Part shown: one piece after another, positions 22,661-32,915 of the stretch
Layout: every line of letters begins with the position of its first letter
Position numbering within the stretch: position 1 is the first letter of the stretch
Assembly: GCA_965218435.1 (NCBI GenBank)
Contig: CBDCKW010000005.1
Coordinates: forward strand, 64,001 to 128,000
Origin: Truepera sp.
Lineage (GTDB): Bacteria; Deinococcota; Deinococci; Deinococcales; Trueperaceae
Direction: 5' to 3'
DNA length: 64,000 bases
Program-made: the position numbers and the translations under genes
The notes under the pieces: model-generated
The model's input: the letters and a program-made list of their open reading frames with translations, nothing else
Databases searched by the model: none
Told to the model about the DNA's origin: nothing

Positions 22661-23757
22661 GAGGGGTGTGCATATAAACATCCACGTTGCCGAATAAGGT
22701 TGCGTGTTCCAGCATGAACTAGAGAGTCTTCGTTAGGCTAGGTCTGCTATGGACCAGAAAACGAAGACTCAGGATACGGTAACACCAGCCTTAGAGACAT
22801 GTATGAGCCTGGTAGATGAGCTAGAGCTGCCAGCCGATTCGGGAAACATCGAGTATTCGACCAGAAGTATGCTGAAGCTTTACTTGTACATGCTGATCAA
22901 ACGCATCAGGGGGTTCAAAACCCTCGCCAAGCAGTTACGACTCAAACCTGAACTACCAGGACAATTTGGTTTAACAACGTGTCCCCACAGAACAACCTTA
23001 AGCCGCCGCTTCAAGGAACTGCCTGAAGTCTTACGAGACCAAGTTCGCAGTCTTCACGCCGAGTTTGTAGCTGAGGGCGTCACGCTTGTCGATGTGATGA
23101 GCATTGATTCCAGCCTGCTGCACGCTCAGGGTAATGTCTGGCACAAAAAGCAGCGGGACAAAGGAGAATTACCGAGCTGTGGCAACATTGACACCGATGC
23201 CCATTGGGGAAAGAGCGGTTGTGGTAAGTGGGTGTACGGCTACCGCATTCACTGTTTGGTAAGCGGCTGTTCAGATGCTGCCTTACCGTGTGATGTAGAT
23301 GTTGCCTCAGCCAACATCAAAGATGCCGAGATGTTCAAAGACCAGCTTGCTCCTTCTATGCCTGAGCAGACCCAAGTCCTGCTCGGGGATGGTGGCTTTG
23401 ATACTCAGACTTGCTATGAGCTTTGTGACACAAACATGATCAGCTTCATTACACCTAGCAAAGCTAAACCCAACACCCCTCAAGACCGTCTCGAACGAGT
23501 TGCGCTTTACCATGACCCCGAGGTACGCCAAACCTTCGCACTTAGAAAAACAACCGTCGAACCCTTTCAAGGTCGGCTTAAGGCTCTTTTTGAACTCGAA
23601 TATCTTTTCATGAAAGGGCTCGAAAACGTTAGAACCCTCGTTATCCTCGCAACCTTTGCTTACTTGCTTCTCGCTAAACTTAATCACCGTCTCGGTCTAG
23701 ATATTCTCAAGCTTCAAGATACCCTTATTGCTATCAGGTGAACCTTGCACACCCCTC
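22661..23757 (+). mobile_element. intact DDE insertion sequence (IS4/IS5-clan)
   Basis: 12-bp TIR GAGGGGTGTGCA / TGCACACCCCTC; 9-bp TSD ACTTTAAAC at 22652 and 23758. Confidence 0.92.
22749..23741 (+). CDS. DDE transposase
   Basis: SIDSS, YGYRIH, GDGGFD, RKTTVE. Confidence 0.92.
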   Translation: MDQKTKTQDTVTPALETCMSLVDELELPADSGNIEYSTRSMLKLYLYMLIKRIRGFKTLAKQLRLKPELPGQFGLTTCPHRTTLSRRFKELPEVLRDQVRSLHAEFVAEGVTLVDVMSIDSSLLHAQGNVWHKKQRDKGELPSCGNIDTDAHWGKSGCGKWVYGYRIHCLVSGCSDAALPCDVDVASANIKDAEMFKDQLAPSMPEQTQVLLGDGGFDTQTCYELCDTNMISFITPSKAKPNTPQDRLERVALYHDPEVRQTFALRKTTVEPFQGRLKALFELEYLFMKGLENVRTLVILATFAYLLLAKLNHRLGLDILKLQDTLIAIR

Positions 23758-23881
23758 ACTTTAAACTAAACCTACAGCGATGGCACATTCTACTCGGTAG
23801 GAATTCGCCATCAGAGTCCACCAGGATATCAAAGCACTTTCTGACACGAGTGAGGCTAGTGGCTTTCTAGATACTCTTACG

Positions 23882-25726
23882 TCAAAACGTGTCTGCAGGC
23901 TGACTCTGATATCCCCGAGCCTGGAGCCGAAACATCTGCGCGTAGGTGCCCCCTTGTCCTAACAGCGCCTCGTGCGATCCTCGCTCGGATACAGCGCCGT
24001 TTTCCAACACCACGATCTCGTCGGCCAAACGAACCGTGCTGAAGCGGTGGGAGATGAGTACTGTAATGCGCCCCATCGCCTGCGCCCTAAGCGCCTCAAC
24101 CACCTCGAACTCGGCGTTGGCGTCGAGCGCGGCGGTGGGTTCGTCGAACACCAAGACCGAGCCGCCTCTAAAGTAGAGCCGGGCGAGCGCCAGCCGTTGC
24201 CACTGCCCCCCGGACAGCTGCTGCCCGCCGGCAAACCAGCGCCCGAGCATATTGCCATAACCCTTGGGTAACCGCCCGATAAATGCGTCGGCCCCAGCAC
24301 GAACGCTGGCCGCCTCGACGTCGGCGTCATCAGCTAGCGATTCGGTGTGCCCGAGCGCCACGTTTTCACGTACCGTCAGCTGGTACTGGCCAAAATCTTG
24401 AAAGATGATGCTCATCTCTTTTTGGATGCTACGGGGGCTAAACCGCGCCGCGTCTTGACCGTTAAGCAAAATACGCCCTGCTGTAGGACTATAAAGTCCG
24501 GTCAAGAGCTTGATCAAAGTTGTTTTACCTGCGCCGTTTTTGCCTACGAGCGCAAGCGCTTGCCCTTGCTGAACGTTTAGCGATACATCTTTGAGCACGT
24601 CGGTTTCAGTCAAGGGATAACGAAACGAAACCCCTTGCAACTCGATACTCTCAATCGTGCCCTCCCACACCTCGCCAGCCTCTAAGTCGCGGGTCGGCAA
24701 TTCTAAAAACTCGAACAAGTTACGCATGTACAAGAGGTTTTGATAGATACCGGTGAACCCTGACAAGAGCGTCGAAAACTGCCCCTGTAGCTGCGCAATG
24801 CCCTGAATAAAGAGCCCGAAGTCGCCGACGCTGACCAAGCCCCGTGCGGCTCGCCGGAGCACGAGGAGCGTCGCTGCGCCGATAAACCCCGCCGACGCTG
24901 CCGATGCACCGAGCCCCCACAAGCTGCGCCGCGTAACGAGCGACACGAGCTGGGCACGAAACTTCGCGTAATATGCCCCCCAGCGCGAGATAAGGTAGTC
25001 TTCAAAACCGAAGAGCCGCACTTCTTTTACAGCGGTGTCGTTGGTCAACAAGTAGCCCAGATAATTTTGGATGCGGGCGTCGGCCACCTGGCGGCGGAGC
25101 ATCCGGTAACCCTCGGTACCAAAACGGCTGGTAACCCAAACGCCGGGTAGGGTCGCCAGCAAAACAAGGGGAACGACGGCGATACCGAGCTGCGACAACA
25201 GGGCGCTGACGGTCCCTAGAGTAATCAGCGACTGCACCAGCGACACGATCTGAGTAAACACGCCGAGCGGCCGCGAACCCACCTCGCGGTAGGCGTTTTG
25301 CAGGGTATCGTAGGTTTCGGCGTCTTCAAACTGGGCGAGCTCGAGACTCGAGGCCTTGTGCAAAATACGGAGGCTGATCCGGTTCTGCAGTGCGTCGCCT
25401 AAAAGCTCGCGGTTGGTGCCTTGCGCCGCGGTTAAGATGCTCGAGACGACCCCTACCCCGACCTGCAACGCCAGCAATCCCAAAAGCCGGTTGAACGCGG
25501 CTTCGGGTGTTCCTAAGCGACCCTCAATCGCGCCTGCCACTGCATCGAGCAAGAGTTTGCTGATCCAGATCGTAACGGCAGGGATAAACGCCTGGATCAG
25601 GCTAAGCCCTGCAGCAACGAGCGTTTGCAGTGGGCTGGTCGACCATACGAGTTGAAGTGTCGCTAATAGGTCACGACCGTAGATACGCCAAGAGACATTG
25701 GCAACCGGGACTGCTCGCTTAAACAC
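23882..25726 (-). CDS. fused ABC exporter (TMD+NBD)
   Basis: GKNGAGKT, LSGGQWQR, FDEPT, SHR. Confidence 0.93.
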   Translation of the reverse strand: MFKRAVPVANVSWRIYGRDLLATLQLVWSTSPLQTLVAAGLSLIQAFIPAVTIWISKLLLDAVAGAIEGRLGTPEAAFNRLLGLLALQVGVGVVSSILTAAQGTNRELLGDALQNRISLRILHKASSLELAQFEDAETYDTLQNAYREVGSRPLGVFTQIVSLVQSLITLGTVSALLSQLGIAVVPLVLLATLPGVWVTSRFGTEGYRMLRRQVADARIQNYLGYLLTNDTAVKEVRLFGFEDYLISRWGAYYAKFRAQLVSLVTRRSLWGLGASAASAGFIGAATLLVLRRAARGLVSVGDFGLFIQGIAQLQGQFSTLLSGFTGIYQNLLYMRNLFEFLELPTRDLEAGEVWEGTIESIELQGVSFRYPLTETDVLKDVSLNVQQGQALALVGKNGAGKTTLIKLLTGLYSPTAGRILLNGQDAARFSPRSIQKEMSIIFQDFGQYQLTVRENVALGHTESLADDADVEAASVRAGADAFIGRLPKGYGNMLGRWFAGGQQLSGGQWQRLALARLYFRGGSVLVFDEPTAALDANAEFEVVEALRAQAMGRITVLISHRFSTVRLADEIVVLENGAVSERGSHEALLGQGGTYAQMFRLQARGYQSQPADTF

Positions 25727-26268
25727 GTTCCTCCTTGTCTTTTCGTTTCATGCTTATTGATACGTCCCCTGAAGAGGGTTTGCTCCACGCATGATTAAAG
25801 CACCCCGAGCCACAAACTTTTACAGGAACCTGTACGTCGCACGTCCAAGAGTGCTGATGGTATCTAACCGCTCGCTCGTAGTGATCACCGACGTATGAGC
25901 CAAGTAGGCGTTCCTGTCAGCGCCTTGGCTGCTTGCGGGTAGTGCTTTCCAGCTTCGCCTCGCTAGGTGGCTTCTCAAGACACGCCGTCTTACGACCGAA
26001 CCCGTTCTGCCACCTCGTCCCGAGCTTTGGCACTATAGACCTCGAGCGGCCCTAACTCAAGGAGCGGCGTCAAGGTGACCTTATCGCTCCGCCCTTGCCG
26101 AACCCCGTCGGCCCAGGCAATCTGCACGTTCGGCCCTATTAAGACAAGACCCACACCTCTCACATGGTAGTGCTTCGTCGCGCTACCCGTGGCGTAGACG
26201 CTGACCATGACCCAAGCGGTCGTCGTCATCTGCGTATTCCACCGAACTTGGGCAGTCAAGGGTCTTCC

Positions 26269-26410
26269 TCAGCTTCCGTGCATCAGGCCAGCAAAACTCG
26301 CGCGCGGAGTGAGGTCGAAGTTGGCCCGACCATACATCATTCGCTTGACGAGTTTGAGTTTGTTGACTTGACCTTTTTGCCCGTTACTCCACGGTAGCGT
26401 TAAGGCGGCC
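26269..26410 (-). pseudogene. ISL3-family transposase C-terminal fragment
   Basis: LPWSNG..GQVNKLKLVKRMMYGRANFDL. Confidence 0.75.
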
Positions 26411-26413
26411 TCT

Positions 26414-27094
26414 TTACAGACGCACAGCCAAACTAGAAGATAGCCCCTTGCGACCTTCATTCGTGAGGTGCACAATGCGGCTTCCTTCGTTTTGAAGTAA
26501 CCACTTCCGTTCAAAGAAGCTCTGGGTGAGCGCCGCCCCCAACGCCCCTGCAAGATGATAGCGCCGCTCCGTCCAGTCGAGACACTGCCGAGCAAAGCCA
26601 CGCCTCTGCATTTTGAGTGCGTCGGTGTCGATGTCGAACGTTCTAAAGCCCCTTTCACCCTCGGTCGTAAGCTCAAAGTCTTTGCCCGCCGCCCTCAGCC
26701 AACCTTTACCGAGGCACGCGTCCGTGACCGCCACGCCTAGCTTGCCCGCCAGGTGGTCGTAACAGGTGCGCGCAAACCCGAGGGGCTCGAGCGTCAAGGC
26801 GTTCTCTCGTGGAGCGTCCGCTCGGGGCGCAAGCACCATGAGTGCTTCCACCGCCTCGGCAACCTCTGCACCTGCCAGGCGGTAGTAGCGGTGCCGACCG
26901 TGCTTTTCACCTATGAGCAGCCCACCTTCGCAAAGTTTGCCGAGGTGGGCGCTAGCCGTCTGCGGGGAGATGTTCGCGCATCTTGCCAGAGCGCTCGCAG
27001 GCAAGCCGTCTACATCGAACAGCGCCACGAGCATCTGCGCCCGGGCGGGGTCACCGATAAGCCGGGCGGCTGAAGAGATAGCCTTCGCGTTCAT
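26414..27094 (-). CDS. ArsR/SmtB family regulator
   Basis: DPARAQML, TASAHL, GRHRYY, ARTCYDHLAG, CLDWTER. Confidence 0.9.
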   Translation of the reverse strand: MNAKAISSAARLIGDPARAQMLVALFDVDGLPASALARCANISPQTASAHLGKLCEGGLLIGEKHGRHRYYRLAGAEVAEAVEALMVLAPRADAPRENALTLEPLGFARTCYDHLAGKLGVAVTDACLGKGWLRAAGKDFELTTEGERGFRTFDIDTDALKMQRRGFARQCLDWTERRYHLAGALGAALTQSFFERKWLLQNEGSRIVHLTNEGRKGLSSSLAVRL

Positions 27095-27225
27095 AGTTCG
27101 ACGGTACCTGAAACATTGCTGTGATGTCAAAGGGTAACCTCGTTTTTTATGAACGCAACCGTTCTCTTCGCTGTTTTGGACTTTCCACAAACCACACATC
27201 GTCGCCCTGTGAGAGGACAAGTGGG

Positions 27226-28359
27226 ATGACGAACACCGTGTTTCTCCAATCCGAGGTAAGTGACCCCTACGCCGTCTACGAGCAAATGTTGGCGCGTCAC
27301 CCTATCGTCTATGATGAAGCGAATCGGCTCTGGGCGGTTTATGGCTATGGAGCTTGCCAGGAGGTATTAACGGCGAGCAGCGCACACATACCCGCTCAGA
27401 GCCAGGCGAACATCGAGCGGATGAACCCCTACGCCCGTGCCATCTTAGAAAACCTAGTACGGCTCAGAAACCCACCCGAGCACGCCCGACTGCGCCCGCT
27501 CGTCACCGACTTGTTCGGGAGGATGAAGCACGTGCCTGCTGGTGAGCTGCTCGAGCCGCTGCTGCTAACGCCAACCACGACGCTCGAGTGGGTGGATGTG
27601 GTTTGCAAGAGACTCCCGGCCCTCTCTGTGCTGCGCGGTTTCGGTTTTTCAGAGAACGACACCGCAGCTCTTTTGGAGAGCGTCGCCACGCTCTGTACCT
27701 TCATGCGACCCGAAAAGTCGGCGGGGGTCGTGGCAGAACTCAATACGGTGGCAGCGGAGGTATATCCACGGGTGGAACGTCATCTCACGAAGACTGGCGT
27801 GCTCGCTGGGGTCGCGGGCGTTACCGCGCCCGCGACGCGCAGTGCTCTAGTCGCCAACTTCATCGGCTTCGTGATCCAGAGTTATGACGCGGGCCGCGGC
27901 CTCCTGAGCAATACTCTGTTACAGGTTCTCAATCACGGCTCTGAGCATAGCGGCGACGAGGCATACCTCCGCCGGGCAGTTACGGAATCCCTTCGTTTCG
28001 ACCCTGCGATTCATAACACCCGCCGTGTCATGCGTGAGGACACGACAGTAAAAGGGCAAGTCCTGAAAGCAGACGAGGCGGTGCTAGTCGTGCTGGCTGC
28101 GGCCAACCGCGACCCGCAAGTGTTCGAGCATCCGCGGCAGTTCGATATGGACCGTGACAACAACGGCGAGCACCTAACCTTCGGTGCGGGCATCCACAGC
28201 TGCATGGCGAAGCATCATGTGGTCGAGCTGACGGTGGGTGCAATGGCTCACCTGTTTACCCGCTTCCCGAACGTCGCACTGCTCGACGAAACCCTCGCCT
28301 ACGAGCCGGTGGTCAACGCTCGCCTACCCAAAAAGATGATGCTCGGCTTTTCAGCTTAA
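27226..28359 (+). CDS. cytochrome P450
   Basis: ESLR, AANRDP, FGAGIHSC. Confidence 0.92.
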   Translation: MTNTVFLQSEVSDPYAVYEQMLARHPIVYDEANRLWAVYGYGACQEVLTASSAHIPAQSQANIERMNPYARAILENLVRLRNPPEHARLRPLVTDLFGRMKHVPAGELLEPLLLTPTTTLEWVDVVCKRLPALSVLRGFGFSENDTAALLESVATLCTFMRPEKSAGVVAELNTVAAEVYPRVERHLTKTGVLAGVAGVTAPATRSALVANFIGFVIQSYDAGRGLLSNTLLQVLNHGSEHSGDEAYLRRAVTESLRFDPAIHNTRRVMREDTTVKGQVLKADEAVLVVLAAANRDPQVFEHPRQFDMDRDNNGEHLTFGAGIHSCMAKHHVVELTVGAMAHLFTRFPNVALLDETLAYEPVVNARLPKKMMLGFSA

Positions 28360-28371
28360 GGAGATGACCTG

Positions 28372-29208
28372 GTGAACAAAGAGAGACAGGTAGCCCTCGC
28401 CGAGAGGTTTAGAGACCTCCACACCGCCCCTGACCTCCTGGTGCTACCCAACGCTTGGGATGCGGGAAGCGCCATCATTTTTGAGAAGGAAGGCTTCAGT
28501 GCGGTCGGCACGACAAGCGCAGGCATCGCCTACTCGCTGGGCTATCCAGACGGTGAACAGGTCACGCTGGGCGATCTGCTCGAGGTAGAAAAGCGCATCC
28601 TGCGGCGGCTCAGTGTCCCCCTAAGTGTGGACATTGAAACGGGCTATGGTGACGACGTAGCACAGGTCGTTAATTCAGTCATGCAAGTTGTCGAGCTTGG
28701 AGCCGTGGGGATCAACTTAGAGGACGGCCTTAGCGGGGCGTCACCGAGGTTATTCGATTTGATGGAGCAATGCGAGAAGATTGACGCTCTAAGTAGGCTT
28801 AGAAAGTCGATAGCTGTCCCCTTCGTCATCAACGCCAGAACCGATGTTTTTTGGTTGCAGGTGGGCGATGCTGAAGCCAGGCTGGCTGAGGCTGTCGAGC
28901 GCGCCTTGGCGTACCTGGAAGCCGGAGCGGATTGTATCTTCGTTCCCGGCCACCTCGAGCCAAGCCTCGTTCGGGAACTCACCGCTGCTATCCCCGGCCC
29001 CCTCAACATCATCGCTACGCCTGACTGCCCGAGCGTCGCCGAGTTGGAGGGGTTAGGCGTAGCTAGGCTCAGTCTCGGCTCCGGCCCAGTAAGGGCCGCA
29101 CTAGGCATCACTCAGAAGATTGCCCGAGAGTTGAAACGCCGAGGAACGTACACGAGCATGTACGAAACAACTATTTCCTATGAGCAAGCCAATCTCTTGT
29201 TTAGCTGA
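28372..29208 (+). CDS. isocitrate lyase/PEP mutase family protein
   Basis: PNAWDAGSA, TTSAG, DIETGYG, NLEDG, NARTD. Confidence 0.9.
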   Translation: MNKERQVALAERFRDLHTAPDLLVLPNAWDAGSAIIFEKEGFSAVGTTSAGIAYSLGYPDGEQVTLGDLLEVEKRILRRLSVPLSVDIETGYGDDVAQVVNSVMQVVELGAVGINLEDGLSGASPRLFDLMEQCEKIDALSRLRKSIAVPFVINARTDVFWLQVGDAEARLAEAVERALAYLEAGADCIFVPGHLEPSLVRELTAAIPGPLNIIATPDCPSVAELEGLGVARLSLGSGPVRAALGITQKIARELKRRGTYTSMYETTISYEQANLLFS

Positions 29209-29316
29209 CGAAGCCCGCCTTATGCGGTATTTGAGCGCCACAACTGCGTGCCAACGTCAACGACCCAACTCTTACTCTTCACTTGCCTGCCATGTTGGGA
29301 GTACACTATTACCAAT

Positions 29317-29769
29317 ATGACGACATGGACGCCTCCTCGAACCATAACACTGAGCCCCGGACGCACTCTGACCGAACACGTCTTCGGCAAGCACTACACG
29401 ACCGACGCGGCACGCCATCAGATCGGCGAGGGCTTCGACGCGGACGTGTTCAGACGTTTCGAAAAGGCTGTACTTGCCCCACGCGGGTCGCTTGCCGAAC
29501 ACCTGGGGGTCAGCGAGCGTACCTTACTGCGCCGCCTCCACGAGAACAAGCATTTCAGCGCCTCCGAAAGCGACCGGCTCTACCGGCTGATCGACCTTTA
29601 CAGCCAGGCAGCGGACGTCTTGGGTAGCCTCGAGGCCGCCAGGGAGTGGATGACCGGTCCGGCGGTGGCGCTCGGGGATCAGACGCCCCTGTCTTATGCC
29701 ACGAATGAAGCGGGTGCCAAACGTGTTGAGCAACTTCTTACCCGCATTGATGACGGTGTCTACAGCTGA
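29317..29769 (+). CDS. Xre/MbcA/ParS antitoxin
   Basis: LGVSERTL, ESDRLYR, AREWM..P..ALG..P, GVYS end. Confidence 0.88.
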   Translation: MTTWTPPRTITLSPGRTLTEHVFGKHYTTDAARHQIGEGFDADVFRRFEKAVLAPRGSLAEHLGVSERTLLRRLHENKHFSASESDRLYRLIDLYSQAADVLGSLEAAREWMTGPAVALGDQTPLSYATNEAGAKRVEQLLTRIDDGVYS

Positions 29770-30227
29770 AAGCGTTCAGAGTCAGCAAGGCGAAGTACGC
29801 CAGCACAGCCTTCGAGGGGGTAGGCAGCAAAAAGGCAGGGGGTCGTTGGAACAGTCCCGGTCACGCCGTCGTCTATGCAAGTGAGAACCGCGCGACTGCT
29901 GCTCTGGAGATTCTCGTGCACATCAGACGGGCACAGCTGCTCAGGGACGACTACGTCATCTTCGAGCTCGACGTTCCCAAAAATTTGGTGGTCACGCTCG
30001 AACCACACGCGTTAGCTCAGGAGTGGGACGCCCCCATCGAGACGACCGCCAGCACCGACATCGGCGACGCCTGGTTCGACGCCCGTGCGAGCGTGGCCTT
30101 GAGGGTGCCCAGCGTCGCTATCCGAGGTGAGATCAACGTGCTGCTCAATCCTGAGCATCCGGACTTCGACAAGGTGGCTATTCATCCACCCGAGCCGTTC
30201 TTGTTTGATAAGCGGCTAGGTCAGTAA
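29766..30227 (+). CDS. RES-domain toxin
   Basis: FRVSKAKY, GGRWNSPG, VYASE, LRVPS, NVLLNPEH; only possible start is CTG. Confidence 0.85.
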   Translation: MKAFRVSKAKYASTAFEGVGSKKAGGRWNSPGHAVVYASENRATAALEILVHIRRAQLLRDDYVIFELDVPKNLVVTLEPHALAQEWDAPIETTASTDIGDAWFDARASVALRVPSVAIRGEINVLLNPEHPDFDKVAIHPPEPFLFDKRLGQ

Positions 30228-30379
30228 GGTTGCTGCCTAACCTCATGCAGCAACCTTATGCGGCAGTTGGGCCGTAACACTGCGGTAGACATGCGGCACT
30301 TTTGCTGATCCGGATCCGGTTGTTACTTCGAAATCACGCCCGCCCTTGTAAAATGAAGCTACTGAATTATGAGACTCCG

Positions 30380-31522
30380 ATGGTCGTCGAACGTTTTCAG
30401 ATCAACATTCCGCAGACGACTTTAGACGACCTGAACGAACGTTTGGCGCGCGCCCGTTGGCCCGACGAGATCGAAGGGGCAGGCTGGGACTACGGTACGA
30501 ACGCGGCTTACCTCCGCGAGCTGGCTCATCACTGGCAGCACCACTACAACTGGCCTAAGCACGAAGCCGACCTGAGCGTGTTCAACCACTTTCGTGCCGA
30601 GATAGACGGCCTCGGACTTCACTTTATCCACGACAAAGGCAAAGGGGCTAAGCCGCTCCCCCTACTCCTGACCCACGGCTGGCCTGATTCCTTCTGGCGC
30701 TTCTCCAAGCTCATTCCCACGCTTACCGACCCCGAAAGCTACGGAGGGCAAGCGGAAGACGCCTTCGACGTGGTGGTGCCGAGCATCCCTGGCTTCGGCT
30801 TCTCGGATAAACCAACCCGGCGCGGCATGACCAACGTCAAGGTCACGGAACTTTTCGCCCAGCTCATGGCCGAGTTGGGGTATGAGCGCTACGCAGCGCA
30901 CGGCGGCGACTGGGGCCGCGGTATCACGGCTTCCTTGGGGGCGGCGCAAGCGGCCAGCGTGGTAGGTATTCACCTTACCGACGTCCCGTACCGGCACCTT
31001 CTCAGGCAGCCACCCGAGGAGCTATCCGAGGCCGAACAGGCTTATCTCGAGGCGGGTCAGGCGTGGTCGAGGACTGAAGGTGCCTACGCTGCCATCCAGG
31101 GCACCAAGCCCCAAACCCTTGCTTACGGCTTGACCGATTCCCCTATAGGTCTCGCGGGCTGGCTGCTCGAGAAGTTTCGTGCCTGGAGCGACTGTCACGG
31201 AAACGTCGAGAACAGCTTCTCCAAAGACGAGTTGCTGACTAACATCATCTTGTACTGGGCGACCCAAACCATTAACTCGGCCAACAGGCTCTACTACGAA
31301 ACGCAGCACATGGCGCAAGAAGCCCCTCAGGCGCGTGTCGAGGTTCCTACCGGTCTCGCCATCTTCCCTAAAGACCTCGTGGCTGCTCCCCGTGAGGTTG
31401 CCGAGCACCTTTACAACGTACAGCGGTGAACGGAGATGACGCGTGGGGGGCACTTTGCGGCCTTCGAGGAACCCGAGCTGCTAGTAAACGAGTTGCAGGA
31501 GTTTTTTCGTCCCCTCCGTTAA
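30380..31522 (+). pseudogene. epoxide hydrolase with in-frame TGA at 31427
   Basis: HGWP, GGDWG; catalytic GGHF lies after the stop in the same frame. Confidence 0.85.
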
Positions 31523-31647
31523 GTCGACTAGGTCAGCGCGGCCACCATCCTTTTACGTTGGGTTGCAACACTTCTCTGAGCGATACCGTTGCCGAACTTG
31601 GGGAGCGGCGTGAGGAGCGGCTAAGCTGAGGCGACCAGGAGGCTCAA

Positions 31648-31850
31648 ATGTCGCTTCAGCAGAGCAACCCGATGTTCGTTCCTGAAGAAACAGCCCGCGT
31701 TGCCAAAGCTATCTACCGCAAAGGCAACTTAGCGATCCATCTACGCGATGAACTGGCAGGCATCTACCGCGACGAGCTATTCGCCGACCTGTATCCAGTT
31801 GTAGGGCAAGCGGCTGCGGCACCCTGGCGACTCGCCTTAGTGACCTGCTG
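31648..31850 (+). pseudogene. IS1182-like transposase N-terminal fragment
   Basis: VPEETARVA..LRDEL..FADLYP..GQ..APWRLALVT. Confidence 0.75.
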
Positions 31851-32074
31851 CAATTCGCCGAAGACCTGTCCGAATTTCTGACGCCACCGATAAAAACTCC
31901 ACTCGCTAATGCCGAGGGTGCGGCACGCCTCAGCAGCGGTCTTTCCCTGGTTCGTCTCACGCTCGACCTGGCGCAAGGTATCAATGATCTGTTCGGGTGT
32001 GTGAGTCTTTCGCATCGTCATTCCTCTCAGCCTGACTCACATCTTTTCTGGCTTGGGTTTTAGGGGTCACATCA
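31845..32074 (-). mobile_element. IS3-family left end with truncated OrfA
   Basis: End 5'-TGATGTGACCCC at 32074; HTPEQII..EACRTLGISEWSFYRWRQKF. Confidence 0.75.
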
Positions 32075-32808
32075 CACCCGACTGGTGCAGGCTCGGCGTG
32101 AGCCCCAGATACGCACCCACGCCGCTAATCTGTCTCAGGGTTTGCGTCTCGGGGTAGCGTTCTTCCACCAGTCGTTGGATTGATTGTCTCATTACAGCTT
32201 TCAATCTGCTTGCTCAGCTCAGCGAGCGTCTTTAGCATCGGCACCAGTGCGGGTCGAAGCGGCTCAGGCAGGTGATCTATAACCTTGCTATGAAAGCTGG
32301 CACTCGAGCATCTTGGTAAGTAGCCTCCGAAGGACTTGACGACACCCCGGACATGGTTGATGAGCCGCGTGCGCGTTTTGACTAGGGTGTCGCGAGCGCG
32401 TATGAGTGCCAGATCGGCTTGAGCGATTTCGTTGCGGTGTTCGATAGGAGCCAGTAATTTGGGGTCGAGCCTAGCAACGCGCGCCAGATTCTCCGCGTCC
32501 GACCGATCACTTTTTCGCTCATTCCGGTAGATGAAACCGAGTTTGCGAGCGTTGGCTACCAAGACCTCGTGACCACACATAGCCAGCAGTCGACTCACCC
32601 ACGGGGAGTGCTTACCCGTTTCCACGGCGACGCGCATTACTTCGTGACTTGCAAAATACCGTTTGAACCTTGTCGGGTCGGTGGTAGGCAAGCGCATCTC
32701 TTCGATCAGCTCACCGGTTGCTGTGTCGACAATGTAGAGGTAGCTGTACTTGTCACCCAGATCGAACCCTGCGGTCATCTGTTTTTCTGCTTGGCTACAC
32801 TGCGTCAT
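32075..32808 (-). pseudogene. IS110-family transposase, frameshifted and truncated
   Basis: GFDLG, VETG, KSDRSDA; later GVG..AYLGLTPSLHQSG in another frame. Confidence 0.85.
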
Positions 32809-32915
32809 CCTCACCCTCCTTCTCTGGGCCACCCTAGTCCACATCTTTGACAAATCCAGTTTGAGGGTACTGCGGCTCAGGGGGCGGCCTTCTCATTCCA
32901 TCTGGTATAACGTTG

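Noticed and set aside
23882..25726. RiPP cluster around the ABC exporter
   Set aside because: No modifying enzyme, peptidase or clear precursor is adjacent.
30235..30273. attC-like GCCTAAC...GTTGGGC
   Set aside because: Only 39 bp, no L-box pairing, overlaps a terminator-like hairpin, and no integron integrase is present.
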